Positions 46,734-54,350 of a DNA stretch of 64,000 nt are shown piece by piece. The stretch comes from Candidatus Moraniibacteriota bacterium (GTDB lineage Bacteria > Patescibacteriota > Minisyncoccia > Moranbacterales > UBA1568), in the NCBI GenBank assembly GCA_052034935.1, contig JBPOIB010000008.1, positions 2,511 to 66,510 on the forward strand. Direction: 5' to 3'. Numbering within the stretch: position 1 is the first letter of the stretch; each line of letters opens with the position of its first letter. The translations under genes were made by a program, and so were the position numbers. The notes beneath the pieces are model-generated. The model worked only from the letters and a program-made list of their open reading frames with translations. It was not told where the DNA came from and ran no database searches.

Positions 46734-47356
46734 CTCTCTTCCTAGTTACGGATTAGTTTGTGAATGTGCCGCTTGCGTTGAAGCTCCAATGGGAGGCTTT
46801 TTCGTTCCGAAAAGGCCGCATTCACCCATTTCTTTCTCCATAGTACGGTCGGAAAAGGGGGGTGTCAATCTAGACAAAAAACGAGCTTTTCTGCTTAATA
46901 AAGCCTGAAAATGCCATTTTGAATACCAGGGATGATTCGTTGGCGCAAAGAAATGTCGAGAAAAAGAGGAGTATTTTTTGAAATGTATTCAGCGAGAAAT
47001 ATGATGAAAAATCTAGTCGGAAAAATGAAGTATTCGATCCGGACTATATCTACTAAGGATGTTGTCTCAAGAGAATGAGGAGTAATTGGTTCTTATTTTT
47101 TACTTGCGGTATTGAAATAGTGTCACGTGAATTATTTTTTTCTTCGCTGGACTATAAAATTTTTTAATTAAATAGAAATTTCTTACAGACCACTTGACAA
47201 GCTCTTTGCAAATAAAAAATAAAGAGTATACTACATGTGTGTGAAACATCACACGTGCGTAGAACAAAAACTTGTTCTGCAAACAAAGATAAAAATAACA
47301 TCGTAACCGTAAACGTACGGAAGCGAAAACAAAATTTTGGAAGGAGGTGACCTATT

Positions 47357-47455
47357 ATGGCAGTAAAGAAAAAGAAAGTAGCCAAGAAGAAGGTGACCAA
47401 GAAGAAAGTCGCCAAGAAGAAAGCTACCAAGAAGTCCGCGAAGCGCCGCGCCTAA
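47357..47455 (+). CDS. 32-aa lysine-rich peptide MAVKKKKVAKKKVTKKKVAKKKATKKSAKRRA (histone-H1-tail-like)
   Basis: Consensus GGAGGTGA RBS 6 nt before the ATG. Terminator 20 nt downstream. Not in the ORF track because it is under 60 aa. Confidence 0.5.
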   Translation: MAVKKKKVAKKKVTKKKVAKKKATKKSAKRRA

Positions 47456-47476
47456 TTAGCACGTGACGATTCAAAC

Positions 47477-47506
47477 AAAAACCCCGCTTATGCGGGGTTT
47501 TTGTTT
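47477..47506. terminator. Bidirectional intrinsic terminator (AAAAACCCCGC-ttat-GCGGGGTTTTTG)
   Basis: Perfect 7-bp stem flanked by A- and T-tracts. Sits between the K-rich ORF (+) and prmC (-). Confidence 0.7.
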
Positions 47507-47514
47507 TGTCGGAA

Positions 47515-48384
47515 TTAGCGGAGCGTTCCAGAAATAATCCGGTTTTTTCCAGCGAGATCAGGAATAATTTTCAGTGTCTCGGAAATGGTCTTGGAAAGAA
47601 GCCATTGAGAGAAGGGATGAGCCTGTTCGGGGCTTATTTCAAAGGAAAAATGGATTTTTGTACCATGTTTTCTAAGGCGGAGAAGCTGCCTCATCAGGCG
47701 TCTGTAGTGGAGGAGCCCATCAGCGCCTGAGACGAGCGCACTTTTTGGTTCATACTTCCTTACATTGGTGGCGGTTGATTGGTAGAGGCTCGTTGAAAGG
47801 TAGGGGAGATTAGCAATCACGAAGATCTCATCGTACGAAGAAAGTTTTTTTTCTATCGCATCTAAGAGATCGCTTTTCTTGAAATGAATTGATTGCTCGA
47901 CAGGGTACATCTTTGCATTTTTTCTCGCATAGCGAAGCGCCGCTGATTCTTGTTCGAGTGCGTACCAATCAATTTTTTTTCTGTGTGCTGGTTTGAGTGA
48001 GAGGTAAGTGCTGATGATGATTGCGCCGCTTCCAGTGCCGACATCGAGCACTACATTTTTTTTCTTCGTATCAATATCACTTAAAATATTTTCTAGCGTG
48101 TACTCGACAATAATTTCCGACTCTGGTCGTGGAATGAGCACGCCCGGCCCGACAAAAAATGTTCGTCCGTAAAATTCTTTTTCACCGATGATATAGGCGA
48201 TTGGTTCGTCTTTTCCTGCTCGTGCAAGAAAAGTCTGATAGCGCTTCGATTGCTCTACCGAAAGCATAATCTCGTCATGAGCGAGGAGAAAAGAGCGCTC
48301 TTTTTCCAGGAGGTGAGAAAGCAAAACCTCCCGGTCGAGGCGCGGGAGGTCACGGCAGAGACTGAGGGCTTCACGGAGGGTCAT
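47515..48384 (-). CDS. prmC: Release-factor glutamine N5-methyltransferase
   Basis: [14 protein letters not shown] motif and NLPY (NPPY-type) motif. Overlaps prfA by 4 nt. Confidence 0.85.
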   Translation of the reverse strand: MTLREALSLCRDLPRLDREVLLSHLLEKERSFLLAHDEIMLSVEQSKRYQTFLARAGKDEPIAYIIGEKEFYGRTFFVGPGVLIPRPESEIIVEYTLENILSDIDTKKKNVVLDVGTGSGAIIISTYLSLKPAHRKKIDWYALEQESAALRYARKNAKMYPVEQSIHFKKSDLLDAIEKKLSSYDEIFVIANLPYLSTSLYQSTATNVRKYEPKSALVSGADGLLHYRRLMRQLLRLRKHGTKIHFSFEISPEQAHPFSQWLLSKTISETLKIIPDLAGKNRIISGTLR

Positions 48385-49475
48385 ACTGAGCCTTTTTTCC
48401 CTTCGGCCTCGAGCTTCAGTCGCATATCCTCAGTCTCGAGCAGGTCGAGGATAGGGCCGAGGCCGCCAGCGAGGATGCCGGGGATATTGCTCCAGTTTTC
48501 TTTGATGCGATGATCCGTGACGCGATCCTGTGGGAAATTGTAGGTGCGGATCTTTTCGCTGCGATCGCCAGTACCGATCTGGTCCTTGCGCGCGTCACCC
48601 TGTTCTTTGCGCTGGCGCTCTTCTTCGGCTTCCCAGAGGCGGGCGCGGAGCACCTTCATGGCTTTCTCGCGATTTTTGATTTGTGACTTCTCATCCTGAC
48701 AGGAAACGACGACTCCGGTTGGAAGGTGTGTGATGCGAACGGCTGAGTATGTCGTATTGACCGATTGTCCGCCAGGACCCGAAGAGCAGAAGGTATCGAT
48801 ACGGAGGTCTTCCGGCTTCACCACGATCTCGATATCGTCGACCTGAGGCAAGACAGCGACCGTCACCGTCGAAGTGTGAACACGGCCCATTTTCTCGGTT
48901 TCAGGGATACGTTGCACACGGTGGACACCGGATTCATACTTGAATTTCTGATAGACGGACGTGTCGCTCCGCCCCCGGTTCACTTCGAAGGTGATTTCCT
49001 TGTAGCCGCCGACCTCGCTCGAGTGGGAATCGAGGAGCGTCGTCTGCCAGCCGAGGAGTTCGGCATAGCGGGCATACATCCGGAAGAGCTCGGCGGCAAA
49101 GAGACTTGCTTCGTCGCCCCCCGCCCCCGCGCGGATCTCGACGATGATGTCTTTGGTGTCGTTCTTGTCTTTGGGCAGGAGAAGTCGCTTCAGTTCGGTC
49201 TCGAGCGCTTCTTTTTCGGTGGCGAGGGAGATATTTTCCTCGAGTGCCATCGCTTTGAGCTCCTCGTCGCTCTCCGTCTGGGTGATTTCAGCGTTCTCAC
49301 GGAGGCTTTTCTCGATTGCTCGGAGCCGGTTTATCCGCTCCATGACGATATCGAGCTCGGCTTTGCGCCGGCCGAGGGTCATCAGCTTTTCGGGTGCGCT
49401 CAAAGTCGCCGAAGAGGAGAGTTCCGCTTCGATCTGTTCCATTTCTGATTCGATTTTGGCGATGAGATCTTGCAT
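48381..49475 (-). CDS. prfA: Peptide chain release factor 1
   Basis: GGQ motif in [11 protein letters not shown]. Confidence 0.9.
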   Translation of the reverse strand: MQDLIAKIESEMEQIEAELSSSATLSAPEKLMTLGRRKAELDIVMERINRLRAIEKSLRENAEITQTESDEELKAMALEENISLATEKEALETELKRLLLPKDKNDTKDIIVEIRAGAGGDEASLFAAELFRMYARYAELLGWQTTLLDSHSSEVGGYKEITFEVNRGRSDTSVYQKFKYESGVHRVQRIPETEKMGRVHTSTVTVAVLPQVDDIEIVVKPEDLRIDTFCSSGPGGQSVNTTYSAVRITHLPTGVVVSCQDEKSQIKNREKAMKVLRARLWEAEEERQRKEQGDARKDQIGTGDRSEKIRTYNFPQDRVTDHRIKENWSNIPGILAGGLGPILDLLETEDMRLKLEAEGKKGSV

Positions 49476-49501
49476 ATATGTGTCAGACTAGCCTCTCTAT
49501 G

Positions 49502-49534
49502 AACAAAAAACAATCCTCAGACAAGGATTGTTTC
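49502..49534 (-). terminator. Intrinsic terminator downstream of rpmE (AACAATCCT-loop-AGGATTGTT + T-tract on - strand)
   Basis: Perfect 9-bp stem. The - strand reads ...AGGATTGTTTTTTGTTC. Confidence 0.6.
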
Positions 49535-49551
49535 GGTTTCAGGATATTCAG

Positions 49552-49905
49552 CTAAGCGGCGGCTTCGGTCTTGGCGACTTTAGCAGCGCGAACGGCTTCC
49601 GCGGCCTTGGTCTCCTTTTCGGCCTTCTCGGCTGCTTTTCTGTCGGCTTCAGCTTTGGCCGCTTTCTTCTCGGCGAGGGCGCTCTTGCTGGCCTTGGTCT
49701 TCTCGGCGCGCTCCGCGAGCTTCTTGAAGCGGTCTACCCGGCCGCCGGCATCGACGAATTTCTTCTTGCCGGTGTAGAACGGATGGCAATTCGAACAGAT
49801 TTCCGTGTTGATGGCTGGAATGGTCGAACCCGTGACAAAAGTGTTGCCGCAAACGCAGGCGACGGTCACTTTTTCGTGATAGGTGGGGTGGATAGAGGCT
49901 TGCAT
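49552..49905 (-). CDS. rpmE: 50S ribosomal protein L31 with an A/K/E-rich C-terminal tail of about 55 aa
   Basis: [23 protein letters not shown]...[10 protein letters not shown]. The ORF track begins at an upstream M. Confidence 0.85.
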   Translation of the reverse strand: MQASIHPTYHEKVTVACVCGNTFVTGSTIPAINTEICSNCHPFYTGKKKFVDAGGRVDRFKKLAERAEKTKASKSALAEKKAAKAEADRKAAEKAEKETKAAEAVRAAKVAKTEAAA

Positions 49906-49955
49906 AGGATTTCGGGAGAAATATGTACAACTGAATCTATCATAGGGTTTCGAAA

Positions 49956-49984
49956 TTGACAAGTGTCAGGGAGTGACGTATCCT
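49956..49984 (+). promoter_or_regulatory. Sigma70-like promoter, TTGACA-17-TATCCT, upstream of rpsB-tsf
   Basis: Consensus -35 hexamer with a 17-nt spacer. Confidence 0.5.
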
Positions 49985-50126
49985 GGGAGCGCTTTGTCAT
50001 GGCCTGAAATGGCCGTTCGACGAATCACACATATCCGTCAGAGCGCCCTTTCCTGCTCTTGCTTGCAAGAGATCGGGGCGAAACTTTTCCTGAGGATAGA
50101 GGTAAATAATCTAAGGATAAAGCAAT

Positions 50127-50927
50127 ATGTCAGACGCAGTAGCGGCCCCGAAAGCCGAAGAGTCCCTCGTACTCGAGGGTGGAAGCGCCTATTTTGAGGC
50201 GTTCGATTTCAGCCGGGTGGATGACTCGATTGAGAGTCTCCTTAAGGCCGGTGTTCACTTCGGCCACCTGAAGAGCCGGCGCCATCCCCGGATGGAAGAG
50301 TATATCTTCACCACGCGGAAGAATATCAACATCCTGAATCTCGAAAAGACAAAGGAGTGTATCGAGAATGCATCAGCGTTCCTCACTGGTGTTGCCAAGA
50401 GCGGCAAGCCGGTTCTCTTTGTCGGGGTGAAGAAGCAGACGCATGATGCAGTGAAATCGCTCGCGAAGCGGCTCAATATGCCGTACGTCGTCGACCGCTG
50501 GCTCGGTGGTACTTTGACGAACTACGTTCAGATTATTGGTCGGGCGAAATACCTCGTCGAGGGCGAAGCGAGCTATGCGGCCGGGGACTTCAAGAAATAC
50601 ACCAAGCTCGAGCAGCTGAAGAAGCAAGAGGAGCTAGAGAAGCTTGAGCACAAGGTCGGCGGTCTCCGGACGATGCGTGAGCTTCCCGGTGCGATTGTCA
50701 TCGCTGATGCCAAAGAAGCCGGTCTCGTCATCAAGGAGGCGACGAAGCTCGGCGTCCCACTGGTCGGCATCGTCGATACGAATGCGAACCCGAGCGCGAT
50801 CGACTATCCGGTCCCAGGGAATGATGATGCCTTATCATCGCTTCGTCTTCTTCTCGGCCTCCTCGGCCGAGCAGTAGAGAAAGGGACTGCTCAAAAAGCG
50901 GCCGCAGCGACTGAGAAGAAAGCCTAG
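50127..50927 (+). CDS. rpsB: 30S ribosomal protein S2
   Basis: LLKAGVHFGH and later S2 motifs. N-terminal extension of about 25 aa. Confidence 0.9.
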   Translation: MSDAVAAPKAEESLVLEGGSAYFEAFDFSRVDDSIESLLKAGVHFGHLKSRRHPRMEEYIFTTRKNINILNLEKTKECIENASAFLTGVAKSGKPVLFVGVKKQTHDAVKSLAKRLNMPYVVDRWLGGTLTNYVQIIGRAKYLVEGEASYAAGDFKKYTKLEQLKKQEELEKLEHKVGGLRTMRELPGAIVIADAKEAGLVIKEATKLGVPLVGIVDTNANPSAIDYPVPGNDDALSSLRLLLGLLGRAVEKGTAQKAAAATEKKA

Positions 50928-50988
50928 ATTCCGGCTCATTCTTTTCTTCCCGGTTTTCTTCTAGAATAAGATAAAAGGACAATTGCCT

Positions 50989-51573
50989 ATGAGTACCATG
51001 GAACAAGTGAAAGCACTCCGCGAAAAGACTGGCGGAGGTATCGTTGAGGTGAAAAAAGCCCTTGATGAAGCGGGCGGGGACGAAGCGAAAGCGATTGAAA
51101 TCCTCAAAAAGCGCGGCGAAGCGAAAGCGATGAAGAAGACCGATCGCGCCGCCGGTGAAGGAATTGTCGTTTCATACATCCATTCGAATCAGCGCGTTGG
51201 GACGCTTCTCACGCTCCTCTCCGAAACGGATTTCGTCGCTCGGAATAGTGAGTTCCAGGAGCTAGCGAAGGACCTTGCTATGCACATTACAGCGATGGCT
51301 CCCCAATACGTCCGACCGGAGGATGTTCCGGCAGAAATGGTGGCCAAGGAACGCGTGATTTGGGAAGAACAGGTGGCGACCGAAGGTAAGTCGGCTGAAA
51401 TCGCTGAGAAGATCCTGGCTGGTAAAGAGAAGAAGTTCCGCGAAGAACTCGCCCTCCTTTCGCAGCCATTTGTGAAGGATCCGTCGAAAACGGTGCAAGC
51501 CCTTATTACTGAGAGCATCCATCGGATTGGCGAAAACATCCAGGTCGGCAGCTTTACCAGGTTCGAAGTCTAA
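50989..51573 (+). CDS. tsf: Elongation factor Ts (short form, 194 aa)
   Basis: MSTMEQVKALREKTGGGIVEVKKAL. ATG 50989 has AAGGA 9 nt upstream; the ORF track starts at TTG 50983. Confidence 0.9.
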   Translation: MSTMEQVKALREKTGGGIVEVKKALDEAGGDEAKAIEILKKRGEAKAMKKTDRAAGEGIVVSYIHSNQRVGTLLTLLSETDFVARNSEFQELAKDLAMHITAMAPQYVRPEDVPAEMVAKERVIWEEQVATEGKSAEIAEKILAGKEKKFREELALLSQPFVKDPSKTVQALITESIHRIGENIQVGSFTRFEV

Positions 51574-51604
51574 ATCCCCTTTTTGAGCGAACGTCTTTAC
51601 GGCT

Positions 51605-52414
51605 ATGTGGTATCTCGTCATTCCACCTATCGTCTTTATCGGAAGTCTCGCTCTCTTGTTCTGGTTTCTGTCAAAGAAATCGAGTGACCCGGCAGTGCTC
51701 GGCCGCATCGCTCAGGATGAATTGAAGCCGATCCCGCGTCGCTTCCTGTTCATCAAGGAAGAAACCGGTTTGCGTATTCTTGAAAAGATTACGAAGCGTC
51801 TGAATCTGCTTTCGCTGAAATTCCATAATCGCTTCACTCAGCTTTCTGGGAGCCTCCGGAATCGTCGGGAGAAAGTGCAGGAGTCGCATGAAGCCGCGGC
51901 CATAGCTGCCGAAAAGAGCCGTTTCTGGAACCGTTGGCAAAGGCGGCATGGAAAGGACGAAGAGGGGGTGATGCCGGCATCGGAAGCGACACTGCCTATT
52001 CCTGCACCGAACGATCCGAATCGTGTCGTTGTGAAGCAGGTATCGAAAGAGGAGAGGATAACAGAGGGCGTTCGCGAAAAAACAGGAATAATCAAGGAGG
52101 TAGGGCGCAGCTTCGGCGATTCGCTGGCTGCGAAGAGCGAAGAAACGGTTCGTGTCTTCCGTCGCCGCCGTGTTACCCCTGCCGGGCAGAAACGTCTGTC
52201 TGAAGAGGAACTTATCGATCGGATCGCGCGCAATCCTAAAGATGCGCCAGCCTATGAGGAGCTTGGGGATTATTACATGGAGAGCGAGAACCTTTCGGAT
52301 GCTAAGGCCTGCTACCGGCAAGTGATCAAGCTTTCGCCACTTAATCGCGAAGTGAAGGACAAGATTCGCCGGCTCGAACGGCTTCTTGTTCTGAAAGAGA
52401 AGTCGGAGAGTTGA
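51605..52414 (+). CDS. Hypothetical membrane-anchored protein with C-terminal TPR-like segment
   Basis: N-terminal TM helix. C-terminal AYEELGDYYMESENLSDAKACYRQVIKLSP resembles a TPR. Confidence 0.5.
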   Translation: MWYLVIPPIVFIGSLALLFWFLSKKSSDPAVLGRIAQDELKPIPRRFLFIKEETGLRILEKITKRLNLLSLKFHNRFTQLSGSLRNRREKVQESHEAAAIAAEKSRFWNRWQRRHGKDEEGVMPASEATLPIPAPNDPNRVVVKQVSKEERITEGVREKTGIIKEVGRSFGDSLAAKSEETVRVFRRRRVTPAGQKRLSEEELIDRIARNPKDAPAYEELGDYYMESENLSDAKACYRQVIKLSPLNREVKDKIRRLERLLVLKEKSES

Positions 52415-52489
52415 TGCATTCGACAATCTTGGCTAAGATACGGAAGTTATCTTTCTCTGGTGAAAGATGATGCCGGACGGCTCTAGGCA

Positions 52490-52562
52490 GCCGAAGTAGC
52501 TCAGTTGGTAGAGCAACGGTTTTGTAAACCGTGGGTCGCCGGTTCAAGCCCGGCCTTCGGCT
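52490..52562 (+). tRNA. tRNA-Thr (anticodon TGT)
   Basis: Manual cloverleaf fold. Acceptor GCCGAAG/CTTCGGC, D-stem GCTC/GAGC, anticodon loop TTTGTAA, T-arm GCCGG-TTCAAGC-CCGGC. Confidence 0.85.
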
Positions 52563-52581
52563 CAGGGAATTGAAAATACAC

Positions 52582-52664
52582 GGGTAGGTGGTGGAGTGGT
52601 CTATCACAACAGACTGTAAATCTGTCGCCTTCGGGCTTCGGGGGTTCGAATCCCTCCCTACCCA
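52582..52664 (+). tRNA. tRNA-Tyr (anticodon GTA), long variable arm
   Basis: Acceptor GGGTAGG/CCTACCC, anticodon loop CTGTAAA, a type-II variable arm and T-loop TTCGAAT. Confidence 0.8.
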
Positions 52665-52676
52665 CAAAAATCAAAA

Positions 52677-52708
52677 CGATACCCTCGTGGTATCGGTTTG
52701 GTTTTGTT
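52677..52708 (+). terminator. Intrinsic terminator (CGATACC-ctcgt-GGTATCG + GTTTGGTTTTGTT)
   Basis: Perfect 7-bp stem followed by a U-rich tail. Confidence 0.55.
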
Positions 52709-52872
52709 AGAGTAGGAGGAAGCCAACTGCTTGACTTCCGAGAGGGATGAGAAAGCCGGAGTGCTGTACGGGTTTGTCCGAAGGGCAAGGCGAGTACTGC
52801 GAGGCGGGGTCGAGAAATTTTTCCGTCAGGAAAAATATTCGTGACCGAAGCTCTTCTTAAAAAAGCATATCT

Positions 52873-52945
52873 GCCGTTGTAGCTCAGTTGGTAGAGCAAC
52901 GCCATGGTAAGGCGTAGGTCACCGGTTCAAATCCGGTCAACGGCT
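52873..52945 (+). tRNA. tRNA-Thr (anticodon GGT)
   Basis: Acceptor GCCGTTG/CAACGGC, anticodon loop ATGGTAA, T-arm ACCGG-TTCAAAT-CCGGT. Confidence 0.85.
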
Positions 52946-52960
52946 CAGAAAGAATCAGAA

Positions 52961-53001
52961 AAGTAAAGGCTCGGGAATGCGTTCCCGAGCCTTTACTTTT
53001 A
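52961..53001 (+). terminator. Intrinsic terminator (AAAGGCTCGGGAA-tgcg-TTCCCGAGCCTTT + ACTTTT)
   Basis: Perfect 13-bp stem. Confidence 0.6.
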
Positions 53002-53057
53002 CCTCAGGCGATGCTAATTTCCGCCCATCCGCAAACCAACTCCAAAGGAGACACCTC

Positions 53058-53696
53058 ATGTCGCGGTTCGTTCTTTCTCTCGTTCTCATGATGTGCGCTC
53101 CGCTCACGGCTCGCGCGGCAGACTGCTACTTTCTCCTGGGTTACGGGAGCGGGCAGTTCAGCCGAAGCTATACCGAAAAGCTGGAGGACAAGCTCCTCGG
53201 GAATCGCTACATTGATGGCACCTACACGACCAATGCGCGCAGCCAACCGTATCAGATCGGCGGCGGCTGTCAGATCTGGAAGTACGCTGCCGTTGAGTTG
53301 GAGCATTTCGCCGGCTACCGTCACGAAGTCACTACGACGGCAGCTCTTTGCGCTGATGTGCTCGGGGAGCGGGTCTGCACAAAGCCGGGTCTGCTTCGCC
53401 GGACGGCGACGCTGGAAGGGTGGGGACTCTCGATTCTCGGACGCTTTCCGCTTTCCGAGCGTGTCTTCCTCACGGGACGCCTCGGCACATTGTCCGGCGT
53501 GGCACGCGTCAGTCTGACCATTCCGGAGTCATCGGATCCGGCGAGTCTCTCTCTTGAAGAGCGTGGTATCGTTCCAATGCTCGGCCTCGGCCTGCTCTAT
53601 CAAGCGAATCAGCAGTTCTCGCTTGCCGGTGAGGCGGTCACGTTCGATGCCAAGTACAGCCGAATCACACGGCTCGTCGCACGTTGGTCGTTCTGA
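53058..53696 (+). CDS. Predicted outer-membrane beta-barrel protein (OmpW/opacity-like) with signal peptide and C-terminal Phe
   Basis: Signal peptide MSRFVLSLVLMMCAPLTARA. Alternating hydrophobic beta-strand pattern. C-terminal ...RWSF. GGAGA RBS. Confidence 0.5.
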   Translation: MSRFVLSLVLMMCAPLTARAADCYFLLGYGSGQFSRSYTEKLEDKLLGNRYIDGTYTTNARSQPYQIGGGCQIWKYAAVELEHFAGYRHEVTTTAALCADVLGERVCTKPGLLRRTATLEGWGLSILGRFPLSERVFLTGRLGTLSGVARVSLTIPESSDPASLSLEERGIVPMLGLGLLYQANQQFSLAGEAVTFDAKYSRITRLVARWSF

Positions 53697-53712
53697 CCCT
53701 TCTCTTCCCCCT

Positions 53713-53747
53713 GGGCGTCCTCATCTCGAGGCGCCCGCTTTTTTTTT
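53713..53747 (+). terminator. Intrinsic terminator (GGGCG-loop-CGCCC + T9)
   Basis: Stem followed by nine T. Confidence 0.6.
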
Positions 53748-53756
53748 GCCTGAGAG

Positions 53757-53785
53757 TTGACGAACCGCCTGCTTTCGCGTAGAGT
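53757..53785 (+). promoter_or_regulatory. Sigma70-like promoter, TTGACG-17-TAGAGT, upstream of rpmG
   Basis: Hexamers with a 17-nt spacer. Confidence 0.5.
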
Positions 53786-53821
53786 GGGACTATTCTTTTG
53801 TCATCAATTTCTGGAAATACT

Positions 53822-53983
53822 ATGGGCAAGATCAAAGACAACATGGCTAAGCTGAAGTGCAGTGACTGCCAGCGTATCACGCGTGAGACTTCGCGCAACA
53901 AAAAGAAGGTGAAGGAGAAACTTTCTCTCTCGAAATACTGCCGCTTCTGCCGCAAGAACACCGTCCACAACGAATCGAAATAA
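53822..53983 (+). CDS. rpmG: 50S ribosomal protein L33
   Basis: MGKIKDNMAKLKCSDCQRITRETSRNKKKVKEKLSLSKYCRFCRKNTVHNESK. L33 zinc ribbon. Confidence 0.85.
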   Translation: MGKIKDNMAKLKCSDCQRITRETSRNKKKVKEKLSLSKYCRFCRKNTVHNESK

Positions 53984-54046
53984 CCTCTCCTCTCCCCGGG
54001 GAGAGTCTCGTTGTATACTGGAAAGGCGCAGCCCGAGGCTGCCGTT

Positions 54047-54117
54047 AGGGGCGTCGTATAATGGTAGTACAACGGTCTCCAAAACCGTTAGCGTGGGTTC
54101 GATTCCCCCCGCCCCTG
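54047..54117 (+). tRNA. tRNA-Trp (anticodon CCA)
   Basis: Acceptor AGGGGCG/CGCCCCT with discriminator G, as in E. coli tRNA-Trp. Anticodon loop CTCCAAA. One mismatch in the T-stem. Confidence 0.75.
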
Positions 54118-54161
54118 CAGGCAAAAATTAAAGAGCCGTGCTGCTTGAGGTTTTGCCAAGC

Positions 54162-54233
54162 GGCCCCATCGTCTAGCGGCTAGGACACTTGGTTCTCATC
54201 CAAGAAACAGGGGTTCGATTCCCCTTGGGGCTA
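54162..54233 (+). tRNA. tRNA-Glu (anticodon CTC)
   Basis: 5' GGCCCCATCGTCTAGCGGCTAGGAC, as in the tRNA-Glu family. Anticodon loop TTCTCAT. T-arm AGGGG-TTCGATT-CCCCT. Confidence 0.8.
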
Positions 54234-54248
54234 CTGTGAAACGAAAAG

Positions 54249-54276
54249 AAATCCTGTCTATCGGCGGGATTTTTTT
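54249..54276 (+). terminator. Intrinsic terminator (AAATCC-12 nt loop-GGATTT + T-tract)
   Basis: 6-bp stem followed by TTTTTT. Confidence 0.45.
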
Positions 54277-54350
54277 ATGACTCAGAGCATGGGCTGGTGC
54301 GAGATTTTGTATAAAAATGATACGATGAGCATGGATTATAGAAACTTCTT

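Noticed and set aside
47164-47430. 88-aa - strand ORF (MVAFFLATFF...).
   Set aside because: It is the antisense reading of the Lys-codon repeat (AAG -> CTT/Phe-Leu). The + strand micro-ORF has a consensus SD and terminator and is preferred.
52701-52870. Possible 37-aa ORF (MRKPECCTGLSEGQGEYCEAGSRNFSV...) in the tRNA-Tyr/tRNA-Thr spacer.
   Set aside because: The only SD-like element is about 30 nt from the ATG and spacing is wrong. The region is kept as an unexplained spacer in findings instead.
52341-52905. Two - strand ORFs (108 and 134 aa).
   Set aside because: They run antisense across tRNA-Thr/Tyr/Thr genes. GRDSNPR-type peptides are the classic anti-tRNA artefact.
53990-54005. Perfect 16-bp palindrome CTCTCCCCGGGGAGAG between rpmG and tRNA-Trp.
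   Set aside because: No T-tract follows and there is no loop, so it is not called an intrinsic terminator. It may be a processing or binding site, but nothing supports a specific call.
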